Notes under the pieces: generated by a model
What the model saw: the letters and a program-made list of their open reading frames with translations, nothing else
What the model was told of the DNA's origin: nothing
Databases searched by the model: none
In this document: in pieces, positions 25,508 to 39,435 of the stretch
Position numbering within the stretch: the stretch's first letter is position 1
Layout: each line of letters begins with the position of its first letter
Program-made: the position numbers and the translations under genes
Assembly (NCBI RefSeq): GCF_009834535.1
Contig: NC_045697.1
Location: 51,400,001-51,464,000, forward strand
Direction: 5' to 3'
DNA: 64,000 bases
Origin: Camelus ferus
Taxonomy: Eukaryota

Positions 25508-25707
25508 CTGTGCTTCCCAATAGGACAACCATGTGTTACTATCTAAATTTAAATTAATTAACATTAAATGCAGTAAAAATTCATTTCCTCAGTCAGACTA
25601 GCCACATTTCAAGCCCTCTAAAGCTACAAGTGGTTAGTACTACCATATTGGACAGCACAGACACAGAACATTTCCATCATCAAAGAAAGTTCCATTGGAC
25701 AGCACTG
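25508..25707. mobile_element. MER3-like hAT-Charlie MITE
   Basis: ctagccacatttcaag...taccatattggacagcacag...catttccatcatc...gttccattggacagcactg; ends are imperfectly inverted. Confidence 0.8.
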
Positions 25708-25819
25708 GACTAGAATTACTCTGTTTTAAATGTGAACAGTTAATGATGGTGGCAATTATCAAATTAGGGAATGTAAGAAAAAAGAGAAAGCTTGAAAGAA
25801 AAAGAAAAGAACTTAACAT

Positions 25820-26360
25820 TTGGACACAGTGAGTTTGAAATGGTGTCAGGAAGTCAGCTGAAGATGTCAAGCATGATGTTGGAAGTTAGGTCTGATGCTC
25901 AGGAGAGAGGCAAGAGTTAGACATTTCAGAGTCTTCACTTTATAAATACTAGCTGAAGACATGGAAATGTGTATGAGAAGAGGGCCAGGAATGCCCCATA
26001 AGTCTCCCCCTACTTAAAGGGGACCAGAGGAGTAGTGGTACAGTGTAAAAAGTGACCCAAGGAGGCGCAATCTGAAAAGCCAGAGAAGAATTCTGAGAGA
26101 ATGCTAATCCTAAAGTCAATAATGACACATCAGGCAGAGATATCCAAAGTCTTAGAGCATACACATAGGATTGGTTCCAAAAAACTCCTTTGGCTTTAGA
26201 GGTTAGAAAGTCATTCGTACTCTTGCTTGGAGAGGTTTCAGTGGGTGGTGGTAAAAGAAGCTTAGTTGCAGCAAAGCTGGGATGCAGTTGCTGTGTGTTG
26301 GCGAGCAGGGGGTGTAAGAAAGCGCTCTCTCCTTTGTGAAGTTTGGCTAGGAGAGTGACA
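25820..26360 (-). mobile_element. L2 fragment
   Basis: ttggacacagtgagtttgaaatg...gctcaggagagagg...tggagaggtttcagtgggtggtg. Confidence 0.65.
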
Positions 26361-27777
26361 AAGGTTACTAGCTTGAGGGACAAGAAAAAATAAGAGAACG
26401 TTTTTATTTTTTAGAAAATGTGAAACTTAAGTTTTCTTTACCTGCAAGGAAGGAGTGGGTGGAGTGGAAAAGACTTAAATGAGCTTGGAGTGAAGGTATA
26501 ATTACTGGGCCAAGAGTCAGAGATAGTGGAAGAAAAGGAGGGTGAGCCTTGGAAAGGGAAAAAGTTGCTTTTGTTTCTCAGAGCCAGGATGGAAGGAGAG
26601 AATGATTAATATTTGAGGGTGGAGGTAGAGAAATTTGGAACTGTTATAAAATATCTTAGTTTTATAACATAATGTTTTCAACTATGATTTATAGACAATA
26701 CAAAATGTTATATATATTGGTAATGTTGAACCTTGATAAAATCCAAAAGCATGTCACCAGCATTGAGCTTAATTCATATGATTTTGCAATGTGGAAAGCT
26801 AGTGAAGTCTAAATGAACAATATTCCAGACTGCAATAACTTGATGATACATCCATTAGGCTGGCTCTTCATATTCAGTGTCTTAACTGGACCTCTGTAGA
26901 GCAGGTTATTAATCAGCTCAGTGGCTGAGTGAGATCTAAGGAGGACAAAAATCAATCAGTCTACACTAGGGCATATCATAATTAAGCTGCAGAATAATAA
27001 TAATAAAAAAACTAATGGAGATGAAATAAAAGAAGACAAAAGAAACCCCAAAATAGAAGAAAACCTAAAAAATTAATGGGGATGATAAACCATTATCTAT
27101 AAAGATAGGAATTTAGGTTAGATTGGCAACAGACATCTCAGTGGCAACAACAGAGGATGGAAGAAAGGAAAATAAAGTATCTTTAAAGAAAACAGAGTTG
27201 GCAGTCTACTACATCCAACTAAACTATGATATAAGGGCAAATGTAAAATGAAGATATTTAACAGTAATCTTGAAAGAATTTACTAGTTACTCATTCACAT
27301 TGAAAAACAATTACTCAAGTTTTATAGGAATAAAAATGTTGAAACTAGACAAAGGAACGAGAAGCAAGAAGCTATGTGACAAAAAGCAATTGGTGAACAT
27401 GGGAATATCTAAATAATCACTAACTATAAAATAATAAAGGTAATATCGATTATTTTGAAGATAAAAAACAAGTAGGAATAAAATTCTAGACAATAATGTA
27501 TAAAATAGGAAGAATGTGATTAGAATGAAAAATTCTGAAGATCTTTTGTTAGTCAGGGAGAAGAAAGATAAATTGTTTTAGATTTTAAGTCAAATTATGC
27601 ATGCATAAATTATAAGGGTAACCACTAAAATCATAGAAATATAACAAATAAATTCAAATAATTCAGAATCTGTAAACAAAAAAGATAAAAGAAAACTTAA
27701 GCCAAGCAGAATAGAAAAAGAATTGTACAGAATTTTTCACACTGTGCTCTTTTTCATTTTAATTTAAAAAATTTCCT

Positions 27778-28001
27778 TTTGCAGATACTATCTACTATAT
27801 ATAAAATAGATAAACAACAAGGTCCTACTGTATAGCACAGGGAATTATGTTCAATATCTTATAATAGCCTATAAAGAAAAAGAGTATGAAAAAGAATATA
27901 TATATATATATATATATAACTGAATCACTATGCTGTACACTAGAAATTAACACAACATTGTAAACTGACTATACTTCAATAAAATTAATTTTTTAAAAAA
28001 G
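27778..28001 (+). mobile_element. Camelid-type L1 3' end with internal (TA)n
   Basis: ctactatatataaaatagataaacaacaaggtcctactgtatagcacagggaa...; flanking aaaaaatttc(c/t)t repeats. Confidence 0.85.
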
Positions 28002-28891
28002 AAAAAAATTTCTTACTATCAGTTATGAATGATTTTGAGTGCTCAGCCTATACCAGCAATTATCAACTACAAAATATAATTGAATTAAGATGCTATTTAT
28101 AATATCACTCAAAATGAATAAATTTCTAGGAACCAACCTAAAAAAGAAAGCCAGTATCTTTGTGGAGAAATATTTAAAACTCTATTAAAAACATACAAGA
28201 AGTTTTGAATAAATGGAGAGGCCAATCTATTATATTAAAGATGCCAATTTTCCTCAAATGAATCTATAAATACAATACAATTCCAGTCAAAATTCCATCT
28301 ATATTTTTGAAGAACTTGAAAAATTATTTCTAAAATTTGTCTGGGAAAATAAAAGTCCATGAATAGCTAAGCCACAATTGAAAAAGAAAAGAAAAGAAAA
28401 AAAAAAGTTTACTATATCAGATATTAAAACACTTGACATTTATGTGGTTTAAAAACCACACAATTGCTTATGAAACAGACAAATAGGTTAGTGAGATAAA
28501 ATAAAGACTCAGAAATTAAACTGTACATGTTGGGAACTTATACAGTTGACAGAGAAATTAACATATTAGAAAATGAAAGAAGAGATTATTTTGGTTGCAT
28601 TGGGAAAATGTTCACTCTTGAAGAGAAATTTGGATCCCTACTTTACACTGTACAGAGGCAATTCTGCATGAATTAAAGACATCATTGTGAAAGTTAAATC
28701 TTATAAATCTAACAGACAAAAATATTCATAGAAAAATATCAACAACACGAACGAAAAAAAAGAGACAAGAAGTCCGGTGAAAAAATGGGTTAAAAATATG
28801 TAAAGGCAATGTGGAGAGGGAAGTCTGAATGGCTACAAATTCATACAAAAAGAGTCCTCAAATGCTGCATTCAGAAATTAAATTAAATTAA

Positions 28892-29030
28892 GGGGGAGGT
28901 ATAGCTCAGTGGTAGAGTATGTGCCTAGCATGCACAAGGTCCTGGGTTCAATCCCCAGGACTGTCATCAAAAATAAATAAACAAACAAACAAACCTAATT
29001 ACCTCCCCCCTCAAAAAAAAAGAAAAAAAG
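28892..29030 (+). mobile_element. Vic-1-type SINE
   Basis: GGGGGAGGTATAGCTCAGTGGTAGAG...GGTCCTGGGTTCAATCCCCAG, then AAAC repeats, CCTAATTACCTCCCC and an A tail; flanking agaaattaa(a/g)ttaaa repeats. Confidence 0.9.
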
Positions 29031-31123
29031 AGAAATTAAGTTAAAACAACAGTGAGAGGCCATGTTAAAGCTATCAGAACACAAACATTAGAAATATTCC
29101 ACATACAAAGTGTCGGTCAGGATACATAGTGGTAGATGCCGTTATGTTCTCCTGTGGATCTGTGAAGTGGCATGTTCATTGTTGCTATGCCCTATGGCCT
29201 AGCTGGTTCTTGGGTGTTTATCCCAGAGAATTTCTTGTATGTATCTATGAAGATACATATAAGTAATTATAAAATATGAAATTATGTGTGTTGGAAGTAA
29301 TGAAAGTATAAAATATTTGAAGAGAGGAGAAAGGAAGGCAAGTTGGTCAAATGCTGGTAACCTTGTTATCCTCTCTTTTGGATTTGAGTCTCGATGGAAG
29401 CCCATAAAACCATCTGGATAGGTATGCGGGGAATCACAAAATGTCTGGATTATTTGTGCAGGTCTTTTTTTTTTTTTTCAAATGCAAAGCCTTACTTTTT
29501 TAGCTTGAGCCATATCTAACATAGTGAGAGAAGAAAAGAAACAGAAATGAACCAGAGGTACTGTGCCTGGTTCCACAGTACAGAAGATAAGAAGGCAATT
29601 TATGTACATGAATTAAATGAAATGAATTGAATGAAACATTTACGTACATGAAATGAATTTATGAAGGGACTGGAGACAGGGGCTCAGGATAGATAAAGAG
29701 GCAGCAACTTGTGGGGATTTCCTGAGAACAAACCAATTAGCTGCATTGACTGACTTCAGGAGTGGGTGTCTGTATGATGTTCCGTAGGGCTCAGAGTGAC
29801 CAGCACATTTCAGAAGATACCCTAAAATGCCGAGGGGCCAAAACATATCCAGCCATGTTACAAACTCAGGTACCAAGAAAAGGCATAAAAACCTACAGGT
29901 GAGGAACATAAGCCCTCTTTCCTCCGATGGATATAATACCATTATTTCCCTCATATTTTCAGACAACATATTAGAGAGGAGAGAGAGGAAGAGGAGATAT
30001 TCTAAAAAGGTGGAAAACTTACCCCAAAGAGAATTCACCTGAAAGAAATAGTTAAAGAGGAAGAGATGGAGATGCTTTTAATTGGCATGGGCCATTAGAT
30101 CAGTTTTAAAGTAAGAAGAAGCTGCATTTCCCCCCTATATACCTGAATGTGAAGTTTGTGGCATGTCCTTACTACCTTGCCTTATGCATTTTCATTGCAC
30201 CAAATTAAGTATGTGATTCAGGCAATTCTTTTTCACACTTGATCTAAACAGATGGAAAGCCTGTGGAGAAAATTATAGGATGATTCAGAGCAGGAAACAC
30301 ACTTTCACAAGGAAACAAGAATCATGAGGCCATGGTATTCCTGTGTAATGGGTTCACCCACAGTCTATTAAACAGAGGTCTTTGTGGAATAAAAGCAGCT
30401 TCCATAATAAATCTTAATAGTTTTGACAAGCTGAGAAGCTTGAGTCGGCCTCTCTCAGATGATTTCAGGGCTCCAGCAGAGCAGGGGACCCCTTGGCCTC
30501 ACCTTTTTTTTTCTTTTATTAAATCTCCCTACAGATGCTATCCTTTGCTTTTCAATTCTAGGTTAAAGCTTTTAATTTCCTTTAAAATGCATGCAACGTG
30601 ACTCAGTATTGATTTAAGGCAATTTTCTCCAAACTTTTTTTGTCATCAGATCCTCTTTTAGTTATTTCTCCCTCCTGTATTTTGATCAGTAGTGTCTACC
30701 AACAGATAATTTATTATAAAATACTTGTTTCTAATTCTTAATTAATCAAAGATATGGAACAGTTCAGACTAGAACTTCTGGTCCACATCTAGAGCTAGCT
30801 GTCACCACTTCACCGCCTTGGTGTATTTCAGGCTGAAGTTACCCCCACCACACTCATTTATCATTTCCTTGGCCTCCCAAAGGGGGACAGAGGGAACCAA
30901 AAAGCTAGTACAGTGCAGTTAGTGAGAAAGGACATGATTAGTTATTGAATCAGGTCACATCCTAGCTTTGTTTTTCACTGAGGCAGGACACTAAACTGAG
31001 TCTCATTCATTTAAAGGAGATAATAGAGCTTCCTAAACAGTTTTGGTGAAATTTAGTTGGTTCAACATACATAAAAGTTCCTTGTATTTCATTGAGTTGG
31101 TCAGTTATTCTAATTTCAGGATC

Positions 31124-32313
31124 TTTTTTTTTGTATACATACATTTATTGAAGTATATCCAGTTTACAATGTTGTCTCAATTTCTGGTGTACAGCATGAT
31201 GCTTCAATCATACATGAACATACATATAATCATTTTCATATTCTTTTTCACTGTAAGTTACTATAAGATATTGAATATTGTTCCCTGTGCTATACAGTAT
31301 AAACTTGTTGTTTAATTTTATATATATTAGTATCTGCAAATCTCAAACTCCCAATTTATCTCTTCCCCTCTTCCCTCTCTGGTAGCTGTAAGTTTGGTTT
31401 CTATGTCTGTGAGTCTGTTTCTATGTTGTAAATAAGTTTGTTGTCTTTTTTTTTAGATTCCACATATAAGTGATATCATATGGTATTTTTTTTTCTCTTT
31501 CTGGCTTACTTCACTTAGAATGACATTCTCCAGGTCCATCCATGTTGCTGCCAATGACAATTACTTTATTATTTTTTATGGCTAAGTAGTATCCCATTAT
31601 ATAAATATACCACAACTTCTTTATCCAGTCATCTGTCAATGGACATTTAGGTTGTTTCCATGTCTTGGCTATTGTGAATAGTGCTTCTATGAACACTGAG
31701 GTACAGGTATCTTTTTGAATTAAGGTTCCCTCTGGATATATGCCCAGGAGTGGGATTGCTGGATCATATGCTAAGTCTACTTTTAGTCTTTTGAGGAATC
31801 TCCATACTGTATTCCATTCCCACCAACAGGGTAGAAGAGTTCCCTTTTCTCCACACCCTCTCCAGCATTTATCATTTGTGGACTTTGGAATGATGGCCAT
31901 TCTGACTAGTGTGAGTTGATACCTCATTGTAGTTTTGATTTGCATTTCTCTGATAATTAGCAATATTGAACATTTTTTCATATGTCTATTGGCCATTTGT
32001 ATATCTTCTTTGGAGAATTGCTTGTTTAGGTCTTCTGCTCATTTTTAGATTGGGTTATTTGTTTTTTTCTTATTAAGTTGTATGAGCTGTTTACATATTC
32101 TGGAAATCAAGCCCTAGTCAGTCTCATCTTTTGCAAATATTTTCTCCCATTCCGTAGGTTGTCTTTTTGTTTTGCTCATGGTTTCCTTTGCTGTGCAAAA
32201 GCTTCTAAGTTTAATTAGGTCCCATTTGTTTATTTTTGCTTTTATTTCTATTGCCTGGGTAGACTGCCCTAGGAGAACATTGCTGAGATTTATATAAGAT
32301 AATACTTTGCCTA
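31124..32313 (-). mobile_element. Camelid-type L1, 5'-truncated, decayed ORF2 C-terminus
   Basis: ORF 31511-31996 translates as the L1 ORF2 C-terminus ([22 protein letters not shown]...[11 protein letters not shown]) with indels; 3'UTR and polyT present. Confidence 0.95.
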
Positions 32314-32763
32314 GAAATTGTTTATAAGAAAGTTATCTAATATATGGAAACATTTATGTGCATAGGCCTATTTAGCATGGTATTATTTATATATAAGTAT
32401 AAATAAAATAAGAAAAAGAGAAAGAAGCAAAGATATAATTAGCTCTTCTTGATTGATAACATTTGACCCTGCTTTCCAAGTCTCCAAGTTTGACAATTAT
32501 CAGTCTATGAAGCAAGGATTCACCCACAAATTTGGAAAAATATTTTTGGAGTAGGTATTTTCTCCTGAAGATCTCATACTTCTTCCTTGTGTGTCCCCAT
32601 TATATGTCTATATCTGTCTATATCTTCTGGGCTAAATTCTGACTATGTACCAGACACCCACATGGGAAACAATGTAGAATCGCTGTTTGTTGACTGTTAA
32701 GCCCGGGAATAGAAAGATACTGAGTAATAAATTGCCCTCTCTCTTTTTCTCCTCTTCATCTCC

Positions 32764-32765
<2 letters not shown>

Positions 32766-32793
<28 letters not shown>
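32766..32793. repeat. (TC)n microsatellite
   Basis: Direct reading. Confidence 0.95.
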
Positions 32794-32794
<1 letters not shown>

Positions 32795-33262
32795 CCCGCC
32801 CCGCCACCCCCTTCCTTCTCAAATACACACAATCAAGAAAGCCTCACCAGGCCCTTTATTCTTGTCCTTATGTTCCCTGTGCTCTGTCTGTACCATCCTA
32901 CACTTACAGTTTTCTCTTGCCTTATGTACAAGCTAAAGGATCTTTGAACTTCATTTCCAGTACCCCTTATTTCTGACACCCATTTTCTTGGTGTGCTGGG
33001 CATCAAAGGGCAGGAAACTCAGTCCTAAATCAGAGGATTTCTTACTCAGAACTGGAATCTCCCTGTGGCAAGAACAAAAGGATGGGGAAAAATGGGAACT
33101 GGGGATGGGAGAATAGTCCCTATCAGCCTTTGGCATCTGTCCACCGCTGGGGTCCTTCTGATTCACTGACTCTAAGCAGTTCCGTTAACCTTGCAGCTTC
33201 AATGGAATACTTGGCAGTGTCTAACACACCTTTTTGGTTTCTTTAAATTTACAGTTCATTAT

Positions 33263-33581
33263 CTTTGAACTCTTTTACAACTTTTTAATTTGCAAAAAAC
33301 TGATGGTGATGAAAATTATTTCTGTTTGTAGAAATGCAAATATATTTTGTCCAATAAAGAAGAAACGAATTCTGTTCTATGGAGGTTGCAAGCATTGCAT
33401 CTTCTAGTAAATTAACTTCAGCATTCCTAATTGTCTGTGTGTTCATACTCTGAATTCTCCATTGACCAGCTTCTTTAAAGTCTCATTGGTTCTTTCATTA
33501 ATTAATAACTTAAATAAAACTCTTTGATACATGTTCATTTAAATTTAACTGAAGGTCATAATTTTAATCTTAAAACATTAT
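33263..33581. repeat. Diverged direct repeat, copy 1 (copy 2 at 34675-34990)
   Basis: Shared ctttgaactcttttacaac, aaaactgatg, aaatgcaaata.attttgtc, attggttct and gtcat..t.t.a.tcttaaaa in the same order. Confidence 0.8.
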
Positions 33582-33599
33582 TCTTTTTCAGTTTCTTAA

Positions 33600-34520
33600 G
33601 TTTCACTGAGACATCAACTAGATTCCCCTGACAAAACCAGATGGACAGCATTGCAGGAGTGTACCTCGTGACCAGATTAAACCCACACATGAGCAGATTA
33701 AGTCCCATTTTGGCTCTAGAGTGACCCAAGTGTCAACAGAATGTGAATTTTACTGACTCTCTGTTTCTCTAGGTTTTTTTCCTTTTCGATTGATATTGTA
33801 TTTTGGTTTTGGTTTTGATTTGAACAAGGCCATTAAGTCACCCCCTTTTATAGTGGCAACAGTGGCTGGGAGTTTGATTTTATGGTTTAACTATTTGGAA
33901 ACCTCTATATAGGAACAATAGATAATCATTCACTGTTAAGTGACAGACAATAGAGAATTTGATTTTTTTTTTTTGTTTGTCTACTAATCTGTTTTGAACT
34001 TAGATCAAAACCTTTAATTTTCTCCTTATTTTTCATAGCAAGATAATTATTTGCATAGGTTCAGTAAGAATCTGTCTTTTTTTACCCAGGATATAAATGA
34101 ACAAGTTGAGTGTATAATCAAGGCTTTACCTGCAGTGTCATACTGGACAATGATTCTATTCTCATTTAATTACACATGACTAGTCACTTTAAGGAACAAA
34201 GGTTGTCTTTACTATAGGGCCAAAGCCTACACAGTTCTTCCAGTAAAACTGGTCTAATAATCTGGCTTAAAGGGTCCTAGGACATCAGATGGTAGGGAAG
34301 ATCACTTCTCAGGTCATCAATCTTACTAAATTTGGGGGGACATCAAAAAGAGAAGAATTTCACAAACTTATAGATACCTCAGTTGAAATACAATTAGTTA
34401 ACATTCTTGCAGCACTGGTTATAAATAGCCAGACCAAACTTGATGAGACCAATCTTATTTTGTAATCAAGAACAGTATTTCAAATTATTATGATCACAGG
34501 TGAGGGATAGTTCAGGAAAT
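33600..34520. mobile_element. ERV1 (MER4-group-like) internal fragment
   Basis: ataattatttgcataggttcagtaagaatctg...tttaaggaacaaaggttg...tttgggggacatcaaaaagagaagaattt...cagaccaaact; recalled similarity. Confidence 0.55.
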
Positions 34521-34674
34521 ATTATGGAAGACTTTGAAATGGGCAAGAAGAGACTTGGTGTCTCTCTCTCTCTTTTTTTTTTTTTTTTTTTTTTTGGTTT
34601 CCTTTTAATAGAAGATATCTGCCTAATGTACCGTTCTAGGTTATCTGATTCTATGGGTCTGTGCCTTTTCTTGC

Positions 34675-34990
34675 CTTTGAACTCTTTTACAACACTTAGT
34701 TGTAGAAAACTGATGATGATTCCTGTTCAAAATGCAAATAAATTTTGTCAGTGAAGATACAATTGATTTTACTCCATGCATCTATTAACACATTAATTTT
34801 GGATTCCTGATGGCCTCTGTGTCTATTTGAATTATCTTTTTTTTTTTCTTTTAAAAATTTTTTTGAATTCTCTTTTGAAGTAGTTTTTAAATGTATTATT
34901 GGTTCTCTTATTAATCAGTTAAAAACAATTTTTGACATATTTTAATGTTATTATTAGTATAAGAGTCATGATGTTACTCTTAAAAATTAT
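34675..34990. repeat. Diverged direct repeat, copy 2
   Basis: Colinear with 33263-33581. Confidence 0.8.
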
Positions 34991-35289
34991 ACCTTAATAT
35001 AACCAGTGGGGAGAGGAAAAATAAATTTAATTTCTAATATTTATGGTTGATTTTGCCCTGGTTTTATCTAGCTTTACCACTATAAACAAGGATCTAAACA
35101 AGAGTGAAAGGTAAAGGTAATGGTTATTTGAGAAGTTTTGGTAAATCCTTTGTTGGAATTCCTCCCAGAAATTGAGTCACTGAATGACTCTAAAACTAGT
35201 GACAAATGTTTTTCAAAGTGAGCTCGTTTCCAGTTCTTTGTTTAACTAATCATTGATAGATCATTAAGCAAATTTTGATTACAGAACAC

Positions 35290-35772
35290 TGTATTAGTTT
35301 GGGTTGCCAGAACAAAATACTACAAATTGGGTAGCTTAAAACCATAGAAACTGATTGTCTCACAGTTTGAGAGGCTGCAGGTCTGAACTCCTGGTTTCAG
35401 CAGGGCCATGCTGTCTCTTAAATCTGTGGTGAAGGGTCTTCCTAGCCTCTTCTAGATTCTGTTGTTTGCCAGCAATCCTTGGTATTCCTTGGCTTGTTGA
35501 TGTGTCTCTCCAGTCTGACTGTTACTGGAAGTCTATCCTCGTTTTGTGTGTCTTCACCTTCTCTTCCCTCTGTGAGTGTCCCAGTTTCCCCTTTTTATAA
35601 GGGCATCAGTCATATTGGATTAGGGGCCCACCCTGCTCCAGCATGACTTCCTCTTAACCTAACTCATTGCCTCTAGTGACCATATTTCCAAATAAGGTAA
35701 CATTCTAAGATATTGGAAGTTAGAACTTCAACATATGAATTTGGAGGGGAAGGCAGAATTCAACCCATAACA
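35290..35772 (-). mobile_element. MLT1C-like MaLR solo LTR
   Basis: TGTATTAGTTT...ttgtctcacagtt...cagtcatattggattaggggcccaccct...ttcaacccataACA. Confidence 0.9.
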
Positions 35773-38700
35773 AAGAGAAAGTTAGAATTATAGGGGAAAG
35801 AAATTGCTAACTCATAGCCAGAGAGTTGACCAAGAACCTTGATAATTCTGCTATGTTCTCTGGTGTTTTTTTCAGGCTCTAAGCCAATAAAATTTGGGAG
35901 TTCAGCTGAGTCCCTGGGTATTCATCTCTGGTTGGAGAGCTGTTTGGAGGCTAAGTCCATCAGAAGCATAATTCTATTCCTGAGGTGGCTTGGCAAATGG
36001 AGCTCACCATGGGTAAAGACAGTGGTAACGTGTGGGTGAGCCAGCAGGAGAAGCAGACAAGTTTCACAAGGTGAAAGGAGCCTTTCTACTCTGGGTTCAC
36101 TTCCCAGCACATCATAGAAAGCAGTTCCTACTGGACCCATGGAAAGCGCCTGTCCTGGCAGTAGAATGCTGACCCTCTTCTTCCAGAGTCACAGATTTAT
36201 GAGATTCCCTGTTGATTTCTTTATTTTCTTCTCCCTAGTTGTTCAGAGGAAAATCAGGATAATTTTGAAAGTAGAACTTTCAACCTAAGTTCTTTTATTG
36301 CTCCTGAGTTTGTGGTTTTGGGTATTACTCATACATGTACATCTACAAAGTAAGCTTGAGCCGTTGAAATGTGGTCATTAATTAATCAATTGATCTAAGT
36401 AAAACCTTCCCTGTTAGGCATTTCTTGTATCATCTTTCCAGTGAGTTTGAAACCAGGTTTGCAATAATTTCTGATCATGAAGGATCCCCTGGCTTAAGAC
36501 TTGTAGTAGAAAAGTTCATGGAAAGCCTAGGGTGTTAACTTCTTTCCCGGCTGTATTCCAGCTGGTTTTAAATTCCTCTGCTTGCTTTGGCTTTCCCACA
36601 TTACCTCTTTATGTGGGTGTTATAGGAATCTTCCTCTCAGTGTCCAATAAAACTCACCCCTTCCCCCTCAGTTTCAAAAGACTGGAAAAAACTTGATAGT
36701 AATGTTACCTTAAAATTAAGGCCAAAGGATAGACGGAGGCAACTAAGCGGATGAAGGTAGGAGTGGTTGTAATTTTTCACACTGAACTGTTTGTGAGCAA
36801 CAGTCAGGAAAGAGCCCCACCAAGGGGATTGCCTTTGGTGGAAATATGAGTCCCATGAGAATTTGAGGTTCACCTAGAGGTTTAAGAAAGGATTAGCAAT
36901 TCATATGTGCTACCAGCCAAAGGCAGAAAGGAAGTTGTTCTTGTGTTGTGGGTGGTCAAATGTCCACGGAGCTATGGGATTGTCTGATGGAGGTAAATAG
37001 CAATGAAGGAAAACAAAGAAGGGACTTCTCAGCAGACAGCTGTGCTATTAAGTCATCCAGGCAAGCACTGAGCACCAACGAAGATGTCCCAATGTAGAGA
37101 GCACCACACTCTCCCAGGAACCCTGCAGACTGGGGTTCTTGTCTTTCTCTGCCATTAGCTAGTTGAAGGATAGAATATAATCTTTTTGTGTCTCTGAATC
37201 TCACTTTCTGAACTTAACTCTCTTTACCATTGGCTCTTGTTCAGCTAACTTTTTCATGGGTCTTTCCTTTTGCTTGAAAGCTCTTTTGACCAAAACTTTG
37301 TTTAAATGCACATATAAGCATTTGAGAGGAATACTATTAGTACTGTTATTCATACTGCTATGGGTATTGTATAATGGGGGCAACTCTGTGACAGGCACCA
37401 CGATTTGAGTGATGTATATCTGTCACTCTCTTTAGTCCTAAAAGTGATCCCAAGAAGAGGTATCCTCATCCTTTATATCTGAGGAACTGAACGTTCCGTA
37501 GTTATTAAAGTGTTGAAATGCAAATGGCTACTTAAAAAGCACCCAACCAGTAAGGAGGGCCAGTGGAAATGGGACTCAGACAGGATGGTGAAACTGTAAA
37601 TGTATGAAAGGCCTGCGATGAAGTGGGGGCCAATAGGAACTCCCTTTTTTCAGGGAAGTGGCCAAGGAAGGCATTTGGGGACAGAGAAGGCTGCTGAGCA
37701 TCTCAAGGAAGAACCAAAAAATAGGAAAAAGTACAAAGAAGGTGCTAGAAGACAAGATTTTTATTAAAAATCATTTTTACCTCCCTTTTTTATAATTATG
37801 AAAATAATACATGCACATTGAAGAATAATCAGACAGGACAGAAAAAAAGGAACTGAAAAAAATACACTGTAGACCTTCCACAATTATTTTCATTATTGCA
37901 TATTGCCTTCTAATTTTGTCTAATGTTCCAATTTTCCTCAAGTTGAAATCTGCTTAATATTAAATCATAAACTTTTCCCCATGTTGTTACATAGTCTCTA
38001 TCATTATCACTTTACGTGACAACATTCTAGTTCATATTATGTGATAAAAACCATTTCGCCATGGTTTGATACTGGGAGCTATGCACTTTTATGGGTAAGC
38101 TGAAACAGATTCTTCGTAGGTGGTACTTTAGTTCATTACATTTGGGGGGAATCTGGTTTCTAGGAACCATCTTGAGTTTAACAGACCTATGGATCTGTTA
38201 AAAAGGAGAGTACCCAGTATCTACTTCACTAGCCACTTGTAGAAGATGGATATTAGAATGTTGATAACATGGAATTAATATTCTAAAAAATAAAAAAAAA
38301 TTAAAAAGCAGAAAGGAATGAGAAGTGCTCTTTGGGTGTCAAGGAGAGTCGGAGAAATTTAAGACATCACCAGAAAGATTAGTGACTATAAGAATGTGTT
38401 TCTGTGTTCTGTATAAGAAGGCATTCGGCATAGTGTGTGCACAATGAAGCCAGAATTCCAAGTAGAAATGCAATAACTTTAAGAAAACTTTTCTTGGCAC
38501 TGTAAGCTCACACATGTACTTTTATGTGCTACAAACTTGAAAAAAAGTTAAAATTTTGAAGTATTGAGGCCATAGCTATAAAAAATTAAGGTTTTAAACT
38601 AGATTTGTGAGAGTAAGAAAATATGTGTTATGGTATGCTAAATGCTATTCTATACAGGACTTTTTCATGCTGGCAAATGTTCTACTTCTGCCAATGTGAA

Positions 38701-39079
38701 CAGTTATTTTTGCTGGCAAAAACAGTTCAAATAAAAACAGAAGCAAGCCGCCATTTCTTAACATGGTAAAGCTGAAAATTTCAAACATTCCATGGAAATT
38801 ATTTACACATTTATTTCATTGCTATTCAAAGGAAGTAGTAGGAATTCCATGAAATTTTGTGTTTATGACAAAAGTAAATTGCTAGTTAAAGGTATTTGGA
38901 GGTTAGAAGTATGATAGGTAGGAGATGATTTAGAAAGAAAGAAGGGTATCTATTTTAAAACATTATTATTAGCTTCAGCCTTCTCTGACTCTGACACGAC
39001 TAGTGATTCTGAATGAAATATTCATTCATTTCTTCTTTGTGTTTAACCAAATTTTGCTCAGTGCATCCATGGTTCCAGC

Positions 39080-39435
39080 TAAAATGCTTTCCCAGACTTG
39101 CTTGCAGTTAGTGGTAACCACATGACATGCTCAGCTGATGAAATAATCGACAAAACCTGATACATTTTGACCCTTTGCTCCTTCTTCCCTCTCATTCTTG
39201 CCTGGAAAGCAGGCAGTGAGGTTGAAGGCAACGGGCAACAGGAGACCATCTCATAGCAAGGATGAGGAACTGAGCTACACAGTGGTAGTGGAGGAGTGAA
39301 AAGGAAATGGATCCTGGGGCACTGATGATGCCAGGTTACCACTGGGCCCTCGCCTCTGCACTTCTTATGTGAGGCTGTTTGGTTAAGCCACTGTCGTCAA
39401 ATTTCTGTTATGTCCTGTGCACACCGATCTTAAGT
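39080..39435 (+). mobile_element. MLT1J/I-like LTR
   Basis: ttgcagttagtggtaaccacatgac...cctggggcactgatgat...tttggttaagccactg. Confidence 0.65.

Larger units (their letters stand above)
27000..29300 (+). mobile_element. Highly decayed old L1 (L1ME-type) fragments hosting younger inserts
   Basis: A-rich L1-like ORF1/ORF2 remnants, e.g. attaaagatgccaattttcctcaaatgaatctataaatacaatacaattccagtcaaaattcc. Confidence 0.65.

Noticed and set aside
28892..28965. tRNA-Ala(AGC)-like sequences (also 3697-3774 and 48331-48407)
   Set aside because: They have A-rich tails, TSDs and stem-disrupting changes, so they are SINE copies rather than tRNA genes.
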